Shown here: positions 1 to 8,019 of the stretch, piece after piece
How the letters are laid out: every line of letters begins with the position of its first letter
Position numbering within the stretch: the stretch's first letter is position 1
DNA from: Candidatus Fraserbacteria bacterium
Lineage (GTDB): Bacteria; Bipolaricaulota; Bipolaricaulia; RBG-16-55-9
NCBI GenBank assembly: GCA_037442925.1
Contig: JBBIPG010000019.1
Span: 1 to 33,356 of the forward strand
Direction: 5' to 3'
Length of the DNA: 33,356 nt
Notes under the pieces: model-generated
What the model was told of the DNA's origin: nothing
Databases searched by the model: none
Seen by the model: only the letters and a program-made list of their open reading frames with translations
Position numbers and translations under genes: made by a program

Positions 1-1
1 C

Positions 2-448
2 CAGAGCACCCCAAGAGCGCATGTCGTTGAGTGGATTCCCATCGACCAGCTTTGGGATCATGAGGAGGTCGAAACTGAGAGAGTACAGTCTCTGGCAAAC
101 GAGATCCAAAAGCGCCGACGTGTTGCTCCGCTGTTGGTCGAGAAGACGCATGGTGTCATCTTGGATGGCCACCACCGCAAAGAAGCTCTCAAACTTCTGG
201 GCTTCCAGAGTGTCCCATGCCTGTGGGTGGATTATGCCTACGTTCAACTTGGCAGCTGGCGCTCTGACCTATCACCGACGAAAAGGGAAGTCATTCATCG
301 AGCTCTACGAGGCGAACGGTTCCCGCCGAAGACCACGCGACATACCCACGACTTCCAGATCGACGAAGTAGCGCTCGAGACGCTCAGCGAACAACAGATC
401 ATCGCTGCACCAGAAAGTCGGAGAAACCGACCGACTTCGTCGGCGTGA
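2..448 (+). CDS. ParB/Sulfiredoxin-like domain protein (SerK/SbnI-like fold), 5'-truncated by window edge
   Basis: Frame is open from position 2: ...IPIDQLWDHEEVE...APLLVEKTHGVILDGHHRKEALKLLG...VPCLWVDY...FPPKTTRH. HEE, LDGHHR and TTRH motifs match stand-alone ParB/Srx proteins. Confidence 0.75.
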   Translation, partial: QSTPRAHVVEWIPIDQLWDHEEVETERVQSLANEIQKRRRVAPLLVEKTHGVILDGHHRKEALKLLGFQSVPCLWVDYAYVQLGSWRSDLSPTKREVIHRALRGERFPPKTTRHTHDFQIDEVALETLSEQQIIAAPESRRNRPTSSA

Positions 449-1379
449 TGCGGAAGAATGGCGTCGTATAGCGCAACAGGACCTGGGCTCGGGGGTCATC
501 GCTGGCAACGATGGATGCCTGCAGCACCAGCTCAGGGTTCTCACCCAACCATCCTTTGAAGAACTCATCCTTGAAAGTCACATGCTTGAAGACGGCGCGC
601 ACTTCATACGCCATGTACTCCCGGCGACCCAAAGGCGTATCCACAGGCACTGTCGTCTGACGGACGACTTCCGCACGGACTCGGAAGAACGGGTCCTCAC
701 CCCACCGCATCAGCTCGTGATAGAAGACGTTGAACTCCCAGACTTGGCCGATACGTAGAGGCTTGCTGTACAAATGGTAGACCCAGTCGGAGATCGTCAT
801 GGCCGGCCCGGACCAGGGGATGACCGCCTCAAAGATCCCCTCGTAACTAGGCAATCGGATCTCCATCATCAACGGTTGGCTGCCCGGAACCGGCCGATAG
901 TACCCGTCTCCCTGATAGTCTGGACGCGCGGGATCGAGGAAGTCGAAACTGATCGTGAAGCGCGTCTCGCGCAGGGCGAAGTTATCTAAAAAATTCGTCC
1001 AGTCGATGGTGATGACGTTGCCGACCTTGATCTGAACCAGTTGATGTAGACTCAGGCCTCCGTCGCCTTGGAGAATGCTGTCTTCTGTGGTGGTGATGCC
1101 ATTGAGGTCTTGGTATACCAGTCGACGCGGGTATGGGTCCTGGGAGTCAGCGAGGCCGTCTTCATCTGTGTCTGCTTTGAGTGGGTTTGTGAAGTACACA
1201 AAATACTCATCGCCATCCCATAGTCCATCACTGTCGGTGTCGGGGTTATTGGGATCGGTGCCCAAGATCCTCTCTTGATCCACCGTCAGTCCGTCATTGT
1301 CGGAATCCTGAGCCAAAGCGTCCACGCCTGATCCCATCAGCAGGACACCCATCAAGAACACCAGTAACACGTAGCGCAT
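399..1379 (-). CDS. Secreted protein with N-terminal TSP3-like Ca-binding repeats (DxDxDGLxD)
   Basis: Signal peptide MRYVLLVFLMGVLLMGSGVDALA, then DSDNDGLT, DTDSDGLWDGDE and DTDEDGLAD. RBS AGGAGG favours the ATG at 1379 over the GTG at 1385. Confidence 0.75.
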   Translation of the reverse strand: MRYVLLVFLMGVLLMGSGVDALAQDSDNDGLTVDQERILGTDPNNPDTDSDGLWDGDEYFVYFTNPLKADTDEDGLADSQDPYPRRLVYQDLNGITTTEDSILQGDGGLSLHQLVQIKVGNVITIDWTNFLDNFALRETRFTISFDFLDPARPDYQGDGYYRPVPGSQPLMMEIRLPSYEGIFEAVIPWSGPAMTISDWVYHLYSKPLRIGQVWEFNVFYHELMRWGEDPFFRVRAEVVRQTTVPVDTPLGRREYMAYEVRAVFKHVTFKDEFFKGWLGENPELVLQASIVASDDPRAQVLLRYTTPFFRITPTKSVGFSDFLVQR

Positions 1380-1394
1380 AGACACCTCCTCATA

Positions 1395-4055
1395 TCATGA
1401 TTCCTCCTTTGGGTTGGGTGATGGAGCCGCCCTCACCAGCAGCTCGGCTTTTTGTGAAGCAGTCCGCGCCGGTGTGTCAGCGCGGCCAGTCAGTGCCAGA
1501 AGCGCCGGGAAGAAGAGAGCCGTGGCGAGAAAGGCATAGAAGACGGCAAGGCCCACCAGCAAGCCGAAGTCACGGGTCCACGTAATGGTGCTGAGCATGA
1601 GCACAAAGAAGGCTGAGGCCGTCGTAAAGAACGCAGCGAAGAGGGCTTCACCCGTGCGCGCTGTCGCCTTCACTAAATCTTTTTCTTCGATGAAGCGCTG
1701 CAGCAGATGAATGGCGTAGCCGACTCCTAAGCCAATGCTGATCGCGGCTACGATCGCCGTCGAGGCATTGAGCTCAATCCCCAATAGATTCACCGTGCCC
1801 AGAAGGAAGCCTGTCACGAGCACCATGGGGAAGAGCGCCATGGCTCCCCAGACCGCTGAACGGAGCAAGAGCACGATCACGCCCAAGCACAAGGCGAACG
1901 CGATGAACACCGACAGAGTGAGTGATCGATGCAGCGACTCCAGCTCCAGTTGCTCTAAGAACGGCGCACCTGTTAGCTGTACGCTAAGACCAAGGCGTTC
2001 GAGCTTGGTCATGACCGGCTCTAAGCGTTTCTCGAGGTCTTCAGCCACACGGCGAATTCCGGTCTGGTCGGAGAACTTCATCGTGTTGACGCGCACCACG
2101 GATGCTTCATAATTCGAGCTACCAGCTTGTTTGATGTAGGCTTCCGCTCGCTGCCGCAGGGAGTCTCTGGCGAAGATCTCATCTAAGATCCAGTGGTACG
2201 CTGCGTCCGGGCTCTGTATGAAGCGTTCCATGAATCCCTGGGCCAGTTGGGAGTTGGCGGCGCGCACGTCGTCGATGTAGTGGGCGATACTGGTAATCCT
2301 GTGCGCATAGGGTGAGGCGGCTAAGGCCTCGGGAACTTCTTTCAAGAGCAACCTCATGACCTCCAAGCGCGCGACATCTCCTCTGAGATAGATTTGCACT
2401 TCATCGTAGGTGCGGAACTCCTGATTGATCTGGGTATAGACCTTGACGACGGGATAATCGGAAGGCATGATCCGTCGGTAATCGACCGTATAGGTCTGTA
2501 ACGAGCGGCCTTCCCAGTACCCGAAGGCCCCCAAGGCCAAACTGAAGATGAGCGCGACGATGGCCGCCGTCCGCCAGCGGAATAGACCCGTGTAGCAGGC
2601 AAGCCAGCGGCTGATGATGCTCTCCTTTGGGTGGCCAAAGAAGAGGCGCTCATGCGGCCAAGGCTCGACGCGCGGGCCTTCCTTGAACAGTTGTTTGGCC
2701 GCCGGGATGAGCGTCACCGTGACGATGAGGGCGCTCATCATCGAGAGAGCAGCGAGCAGACCAAACCAGCGCACCGGAGGGCTGGGCGCAAAGAGCAATG
2801 ATGCAAAGCCCACCACCGTGGTGAGTGTGGTAAGCAGGAGCGCACGCCCCGTTCGCGCCAGTGCAATGTCCATCGCCTCTGGTCCTTCATGCCGCTTGCA
2901 ACGCTCTTCTTCATAGCGATGCAAGAGATGGATCGAGTAGTCATCGCCAATCCCCAAGAGCAGCGGCACGACGGCTGCCATCAGGAAATTCAGCGGCACC
3001 CCCGTAAGTCCCAACAAGCCGAAGGCCCACACTCCCGAGATGCTCACGACCGCAAGAGTCAAGTAGAGGCTGGCCAGCCGGCGATACGACCCCACGATCA
3101 GCCCGATCAGTAATACACTCAGCAGGATACTGATCGGCAGCGTCACAGTCGGAAAGAGCTCTGGGCTGAAGGCCACGGCGGCCACGCCGATGAGCACGAT
3201 CAGTAATACACTCAGCAGGATACTGATCGGCAGCGTCACAGTCGGAAAGAGCTCTGGGCTGAAGGCCACGGCGGCCACGCCGATGAGCACGATCAAGACG
3301 AGCGCCAGATCTCCAGGGCGTGTGAGACGAAAGACCCAAGCCAACGTAAGAGCTACCAGCACCAATACAATAGGCGTCAGGCGTCGAATGTCGCGCTGGG
3401 TCGTCTGTTGGAAGACACCTAGGGTCTCACCATAACTGGCCAAGCCGATCTCCAGAGCCACAGCGCGTTGCTTAAGAGGTGCAAGCTTCTGCTCCGCCGC
3501 GCGCGCGACCTTCACGATATCGGCGTCTTTGGCAATCGTCGCCAGCGCCACGGCTGTGCCCTCCTGAGAAGTGAACTTCTTGAGCAGCGCCATGCGCTGA
3601 AAGGCCATGCGGATGATCTCTTCGAACGAGTAGCCCAGTTCGTCTCCAGCGAGGGGGAGGCTATAGAAGCGAGGATCGCCACCGCGCAGCTGTGAGCGCA
3701 CGAATTTAATAAAATCGGGAATACCCTCGGCAGAGATGACGCCGGGGACAGTCCGCAGCGCCTGTAGAACCTCTTCCATCTCGATCACGGACTGCGGACT
3801 GTCCACGCGATAGCCCGGAAGGGGTGCAAACCGGACTGCTATCAGATGGGAGAAACTCCCGACGCCAAACTCCTTTTCGATCTGGCGGGAGGCTTCCACG
3901 CGCGGGTGCTCCGGCACAAAGGACGACGGGTCATAGGCCACCTCAAGCCGCGGCAGTTGTGCTCCCAAGAAGAGGGTGATGAGCGCCAACCCCATCAAGA
4001 CGGCCTTGGGGTAACGTCGTGACAGCTGACTGATCCCGCCGAGCAGAGGCTCCAT
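1395..4055 (-). CDS. MMPL/RND-superfamily exporter
   Basis: 886 aa with two halves, each a TM segment, a large loop and a TM bundle. Motifs GIGDDYSIH...RY.EE, TG.ALLLTTLTTVVGF and GLGVGYAIH. Confidence 0.9.
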   Translation of the reverse strand: MEPLLGGISQLSRRYPKAVLMGLALITLFLGAQLPRLEVAYDPSSFVPEHPRVEASRQIEKEFGVGSFSHLIAVRFAPLPGYRVDSPQSVIEMEEVLQALRTVPGVISAEGIPDFIKFVRSQLRGGDPRFYSLPLAGDELGYSFEEIIRMAFQRMALLKKFTSQEGTAVALATIAKDADIVKVARAAEQKLAPLKQRAVALEIGLASYGETLGVFQQTTQRDIRRLTPIVLVLVALTLAWVFRLTRPGDLALVLIVLIGVAAVAFSPELFPTVTLPISILLSVLLIVLIGVAAVAFSPELFPTVTLPISILLSVLLIGLIVGSYRRLASLYLTLAVVSISGVWAFGLLGLTGVPLNFLMAAVVPLLLGIGDDYSIHLLHRYEEERCKRHEGPEAMDIALARTGRALLLTTLTTVVGFASLLFAPSPPVRWFGLLAALSMMSALIVTVTLIPAAKQLFKEGPRVEPWPHERLFFGHPKESIISRWLACYTGLFRWRTAAIVALIFSLALGAFGYWEGRSLQTYTVDYRRIMPSDYPVVKVYTQINQEFRTYDEVQIYLRGDVARLEVMRLLLKEVPEALAASPYAHRITSIAHYIDDVRAANSQLAQGFMERFIQSPDAAYHWILDEIFARDSLRQRAEAYIKQAGSSNYEASVVRVNTMKFSDQTGIRRVAEDLEKRLEPVMTKLERLGLSVQLTGAPFLEQLELESLHRSLTLSVFIAFALCLGVIVLLLRSAVWGAMALFPMVLVTGFLLGTVNLLGIELNASTAIVAAISIGLGVGYAIHLLQRFIEEKDLVKATARTGEALFAAFFTTASAFFVLMLSTITWTRDFGLLVGLAVFYAFLATALFFPALLALTGRADTPARTASQKAELLVRAAPSPNPKEES
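3104..3295. repeat. Perfect 93-bp tandem duplication (31 aa, in frame) inside the MMPL gene
   Basis: Copies start at 3104 and 3197. CGATCA occurs at 3104, 3197 and 3290. The peptide LIVLIGVAAVAFSPELFPTVTLPISILLSVL appears twice. Confidence 0.97.
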
Positions 4056-4068
4056 GACGGAATGTGAT

Positions 4069-5031
4069 TTAGAACGGCATCACCAGCGAGAGCAGCCCCA
4101 CCAGTCCGCGTAGGCTTGTCGTTACATCGCCGACCAGTACCCGGCGGGTGCGCTGGACGTTCACAAGCTGTGCCTGGTAAAGACCTTGAGCTAAGTACGG
4201 GCTGTTGCCGGCTGCCATGCGATCCGCGGCCGCGATGGCAGCGGCTTCACTCTCAAAGCGCAGGACGAACTGACCAGCCACTTGACCACCAACTAGAGTG
4301 AGCGTGAAGCCCATCGCTTGCTCTGCGGCTTCGAGGGGACGATCTTGATTGGTGCTCGTCCGCACGAAGGCGACTTGGCCACCTCGCACTTGAATGGCGA
4401 TGTGCAGCTCGTCCATATGTCCCACTCCAAGCTCGCCCTTAAGTTTGGCTGCGATCTTCTCCGTTGTGGCCCGCAGACGGGCGCTGTCTGGTTTCCCCGG
4501 CGAGAAGGCAACTTCCGTGCCCACCCAGAGTGATCCCTCGGTGGGCAGGTAGGCCCACTCAATCGCCACCGGGCCGAAGGTTCCGCCGACAAACACCACG
4601 GGCAGATCTTTGATCTTTTCCAGTTCCCAATGGGTGTAAGGAGATCCCGGTGCGCCGGCAGCCGCGCGCAGGCCCTGCAGGGCTCCAAACGTCTGAGCGA
4701 AAGGCGGCCCCTCAATCAGCGAAAAGCTCGTGACATCGGGGCCTTCTCCATGGGCAACCCATAAGACTTGCTGGGGCGGGATGCGGAACAGACCAATCGT
4801 ACGCACGATCCCCGCCAACGGGTGGTTGGCTGCCGTGAGCGGTCCGATGACACCCTCACTGAGTTCCGCTTGCGTCAGGAAGGGCGCAAGATCCACAACG
4901 AGTAGCTTAGTAAATCCTGCCGGATAGCGGACCATCACCTCATCGATCCTAAGCGCAGTCCCGCTCAAGGCCGAAAGATGGAGCAACGACAAACCCAACA
5001 CGAGTAACAACACGGTGCGGCGCATATTCAT
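4069..5031 (-). CDS. Hypothetical secreted protein in the TetR-MMPL operon
   Basis: 320 aa, N-terminal signal peptide, AGGAGG RBS, ATGA overlap with the tetR stop. No recognised domain. Confidence 0.75.
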   Translation of the reverse strand: MNMRRTVLLLVLGLSLLHLSALSGTALRIDEVMVRYPAGFTKLLVVDLAPFLTQAELSEGVIGPLTAANHPLAGIVRTIGLFRIPPQQVLWVAHGEGPDVTSFSLIEGPPFAQTFGALQGLRAAAGAPGSPYTHWELEKIKDLPVVFVGGTFGPVAIEWAYLPTEGSLWVGTEVAFSPGKPDSARLRATTEKIAAKLKGELGVGHMDELHIAIQVRGGQVAFVRTSTNQDRPLEAAEQAMGFTLTLVGGQVAGQFVLRFESEAAAIAAADRMAAGNSPYLAQGLYQAQLVNVQRTRRVLVGDVTTSLRGLVGLLSLVMPF

Positions 5032-5672
5032 CCCTCCTGGATGTTCTTTTGAGCTTTGAGTTTGGTCGAAGCCTTCGGGAGATTGAACCCCATAAGAGCC
5101 TGGAAGGTGGTCGTCGCCTCCGTGAGCAAGAGATCCGGGGGCCGACCGGCGACCACCTCGAAGAGCAAGCCGTGCGAGTAGGTGCCCATCAGAGCTATGA
5201 ACGGCTTAACGGGCAGGCTATGACGCTGCAACACTCCGGAGATCGTGGCCTCCAGCTCATCCAGCCAGTGCAGGTGCGCAGTCACGAATTGGGCCAGAGC
5301 TCTGTGGGGCCGCGGCGAGGGTTCTCCCAGAACCATGTGGATCATATGGAATAGCTCCGGTCGGCGCTTGTACTGTGCGAGGAGTGCTTGGCTGATCCCC
5401 GTTGCGATCTCTGCCGGAGTCGTCTGATCGGCAGCGCCTTCGAGCAGACCGCGGAAGTACTCCCCCGACATGGACGCCACCAAACTCTCCAGCAGACTCT
5501 CTTTGGAAGGATAGTAGTAATAGATCGTGCCCTTGCCCAGCTGGGCCTCCGCCGCGATGGCTTCCATGGTCGCCGTGCGCAGGCCCTCGCGAGCGAAGAC
5601 CCGTAGGGCTGCCTTCAGGATATCTTTCGCCCGTTCCTCTTTCTCCTTGAGCCGGCGTTCCGCCACACCCAT
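5028..5672 (-). CDS. TetR/AcrR family transcriptional regulator
   Basis: HTH signature ILKAALRVFAREGLRTATMEAIAAEAQLGKGTIYYYYPSKESL. Confidence 0.95.
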   Translation of the reverse strand: MGVAERRLKEKEERAKDILKAALRVFAREGLRTATMEAIAAEAQLGKGTIYYYYPSKESLLESLVASMSGEYFRGLLEGAADQTTPAEIATGISQALLAQYKRRPELFHMIHMVLGEPSPRPHRALAQFVTAHLHWLDELEATISGVLQRHSLPVKPFIALMGTYSHGLLFEVVAGRPPDLLLTEATTTFQALMGFNLPKASTKLKAQKNIQEG

Positions 5673-5694
5673 GGTTTCGACCTCCCGGACGAAC

Positions 5695-5712
5695 TTCGAC
5701 CGTCTGGTCGAA
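5695..5712. promoter_or_regulatory. Putative TetR operator palindrome TTCGACC-gtct-GGTCGAA
   Basis: Perfect 7-bp inverted repeat between the minus-strand TATAAT (5715-5720) and the tetR start, the usual autorepression position. Confidence 0.7.
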
Positions 5713-5714
5713 AG

Positions 5715-5779
5715 ATTATATCCGAGCCTTGGAACAAGAGTCTATGATCGTCGTCAGGGGGGCTGATGAGGGCCATCAG
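5715..5779 (-). promoter_or_regulatory. tetR operon promoter: TATAAT plus two Crp/Fnr-like boxes
   Basis: ATTATA at 5715-5720. Boxes ATGATcgtcGTCAG at 5744-5757 and ATGAGggccATCAG at 5766-5779 (plus-strand text), centres 22 bp apart. Confidence 0.65.
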
Positions 5780-5855
5780 CCGTGTCCGCAAGGGGATCAG
5801 GGCACAAGTTGACCGGCATCATTGACAACGTGCACCGGATATGGCACAACTCATC

Positions 5856-5885
5856 TTGACTTAAAGAGATATTAAGATGTAAAAT
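5856..5885 (+). promoter_or_regulatory. Sigma70-type promoter for the hexaheme cytochrome
   Basis: TTGACT (5856-5861), 18 bp spacer, TAAAAT (5880-5885). RBS AGGAGGTGA follows. Confidence 0.6.
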
Positions 5886-5921
5886 AACGATAGAGAAAAA
5901 CCACAAAGGAGGTGAGTTACC

Positions 5922-6470
5922 TTGACCTCACGAAGAAAGAAAGTCGTGCTGTATCTGACCCTCTTCACCGTTCTGGGAGTAGCATTGGTCGTCATCGCCG
6001 CCGCGCCTCCCGCCATTCCAGCCACCCATCCGATCCCCATCACTTCAGACATGGATGCCGCTACGTGCTTCCAGTGTCACCTGAGCGTAGAGTTGCCTCC
6101 GGCTGCCTCAACGGCCTTCTGCACGGTCTGTCACCTCAACATTCACATTCGCTTCGCGAGCAATATGCCCGTAGCGCGCCCCGCTCCGCGGCCGCCGCAC
6201 CCCGTTGCCATGGACTGGACGTCCGCTGACTGTTCCACCTGCCACCGCCTGCAGCACAACGGCGCCAACCCCACTCACCAGATCAGCTCTAGCATGCGAA
6301 ACTCTTCGTTCTGTATCACGTGTCATACCGCGGGAGAGATCCAGCTAACGGGTGAGGAGAAGGTTGGAGATTTCTGCGCCCGCTGCCACAACCTGGGCGT
6401 CGTTCCGGAGCATCCGAGCGGTGAAGGGAAGACGGCTGAGTTCTGTCTCACGTGCCACGTCAGGGAATAA
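5922..6470 (+). CDS. Small hexaheme c-type cytochrome with N-terminal signal/anchor
   Basis: Six CxxCH motifs (CFQCH, CTVCH, CSTCH, CITCH, CARCH, CLTCH) in 182 aa. Strong RBS before a TTG start. Confidence 0.9.
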   Translation: MTSRRKKVVLYLTLFTVLGVALVVIAAAPPAIPATHPIPITSDMDAATCFQCHLSVELPPAASTAFCTVCHLNIHIRFASNMPVARPAPRPPHPVAMDWTSADCSTCHRLQHNGANPTHQISSSMRNSSFCITCHTAGEIQLTGEEKVGDFCARCHNLGVVPEHPSGEGKTAEFCLTCHVRE

Positions 6471-6483
6471 GCGAAGGACGCAT

Positions 6484-6522
6484 ACAACCCAACACAGCTT
6501 TCCAGAAGCTATGTTGGGTTGT
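6484..6522. terminator. Hairpin between convergent genes, probable bidirectional terminator
   Basis: ACAACCCAACACAGCTT-tccag-AAGCTATGTTGGGTTGT, 16 of 17 bp paired. Confidence 0.75.
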
Positions 6523-6534
6523 TGCTTTGCGGGT

Positions 6535-8019
6535 TCACTTCGGCTTGTGGCAGACCTGGCAGATATCTTCCGTGCGTCCCGCGTGATCGGCAGGGACCGG
6601 CTTCAACCCTTCCGGACCATGACAAGCCAGACACTGGCCCATGCCCACCAGACCATGAGGAATAGAAGGCGGAGCGGGGAGCGGTAACAACCCCACCCTC
6701 TGTTTGAGGTAGCGCACCAAAGAGGCAATCTCTTCCTCCGATAGCTCTCCACCCGCATCGCGCCCCATGCCGGGCATCCCCCCCGTGCCCTGGGAGATCG
6801 CGCGCGCCAGTTCCTCATCGCTCTTGCTGCCCAGCATCTCCTTGGAGGCGAGATTCGCCGTGGGGATCTGCGCTCCGGTAGGACCATGACACAGAGCACA
6901 AGACTGACTGTATATGGCACTGGGACTGCGCACGGTGGTCCCGGCCAACTCGTCCAGATATCTGGCTACTGCCAGGATCTCCTCGAAGGAGAGCGGCCCA
7001 CCTCGGGCGACGCTGAAGGCGGGCATTCCCGCTTTACCCTCACGAATCGTCTGTAGCACCTCTTCGTGCTCGAGCTTCCCGAAGAAGTCGGGATCATTCA
7101 GGCGAACCGTGGGCATCTTGTCGCCCTTGGGGCCGTGACAGCTGCTGCAATAGTTGTCAAAGAGAGTCTGACCAGAAGCCGCGATCCCTTCGGCCGAGAG
7201 CTGCAAGTAGGCAGTGAGCGCCCGGATCTCATCGTCGGTGAAAGGCCCGCCGAACTTCTGCCCGAAGGCCGGCATCCCACCGTGGCCCTCCTGGGCAATC
7301 TCCTTCAGAACTTCTTGGCCCTCTCTCTGGAGAAACTCCTTCGAGCGTAGCTCCACGCCCTCGACCTCATCCCCCCGGGCTCCGTGGCACTGGGCACAGT
7401 AGCGCTGGTAGAGGGAGCGGCCATCGCCCAACAGCCCGGCGGGGCGGATGACCGGCATCAGTCCTGCAGGCACACCCGCCGGATGGCACTTGCTGCAAGA
7501 TTCCACAGTGACCGCGTGGCACTGAGCACAATACCCCATCTGCGGGCGGTTGGTGGGCGAAGACCTGAGGTCATGAGCGATGTTCAAGTGGCAGTCCGTG
7601 CAACGGGTTCCTAACTCGACGTGGAGCTTGTGCGGGATGCGAATCTGAAGGGCATTGAACTTGAAACCCGTTTCATCCATGCGATTGGCCATCTCCTCGT
7701 GACAGCGAACGCAGTTGGGACCCACCCGATCCGGTTCAGCCATGAACCCTTGTCGATACCCTTCATACAAGAACTGATGCGGCTTACTGTGGCAGTCCAC
7801 GCAACGCACTTCGGCAAGAGACGGATGGACCAAGGAAGGAACGCCGCGGTTGGCCAGTCCTCCGTTCTCACCGTGGCAGGTGAGACAATACTCGGGATTA
7901 GAAGTCGTGTGGCGTGGCAGCCAGGAGGCAGCCCAAGCGGCGCTGCCCACAACCAGCAGCAGAACCAAACCCCATGCCCACAAGGGCATCCGCTTCCACC
8001 AAGGTGGCTCACGCCTCAT
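6535..8019 (-). CDS. Membrane-anchored 11-heme hybrid cytochrome c
   Basis: TM anchor, six closely spaced CxxCH, three class I domains (CxxCH...G(G/A)MP), and a C-terminal diheme PPSIPH..CLACH..H..CQVCH. Overlaps the stop of the Mo-family gene. Confidence 0.92.
   Translation of the reverse strand: MRREPPWWKRMPLWAWGLVLLLVVGSAAWAASWLPRHTTSNPEYCLTCHGENGGLANRGVPSLVHPSLAEVRCVDCHSKPHQFLYEGYRQGFMAEPDRVGPNCVRCHEEMANRMDETGFKFNALQIRIPHKLHVELGTRCTDCHLNIAHDLRSSPTNRPQMGYCAQCHAVTVESCSKCHPAGVPAGLMPVIRPAGLLGDGRSLYQRYCAQCHGARGDEVEGVELRSKEFLQREGQEVLKEIAQEGHGGMPAFGQKFGGPFTDDEIRALTAYLQLSAEGIAASGQTLFDNYCSSCHGPKGDKMPTVRLNDPDFFGKLEHEEVLQTIREGKAGMPAFSVARGGPLSFEEILAVARYLDELAGTTVRSPSAIYSQSCALCHGPTGAQIPTANLASKEMLGSKSDEELARAISQGTGGMPGMGRDAGGELSEEEIASLVRYLKQRVGLLPLPAPPSIPHGLVGMGQCLACHGPEGLKPVPADHAGRTEDICQVCHKPK

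Noticed and set aside
399..448. 50-bp convergent overlap of the ParB-like gene and the secreted-protein gene as antisense regulation
   Set aside because: Short 3' overlaps are common and the overlapping tail looks like unconserved read-through.
2..448. ParB as a sign of plasmid or chromosome partitioning
   Set aside because: Only the Srx-like domain is visible, with no HTH, parA or parS; it better fits stand-alone enzymes.
3104..3295. Repeat as a possible CRISPR array
   Set aside because: Two contiguous 93-bp copies with no spacers, in frame inside a CDS, and no cas genes.
5809..5822. Extra box TTGACcggcATCAT
   Set aside because: It fits the motif but is 43 bp from the nearest box and not at the -41.5 position of either promoter, so it was left out of the conserved-geometry set. 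It may still be real.
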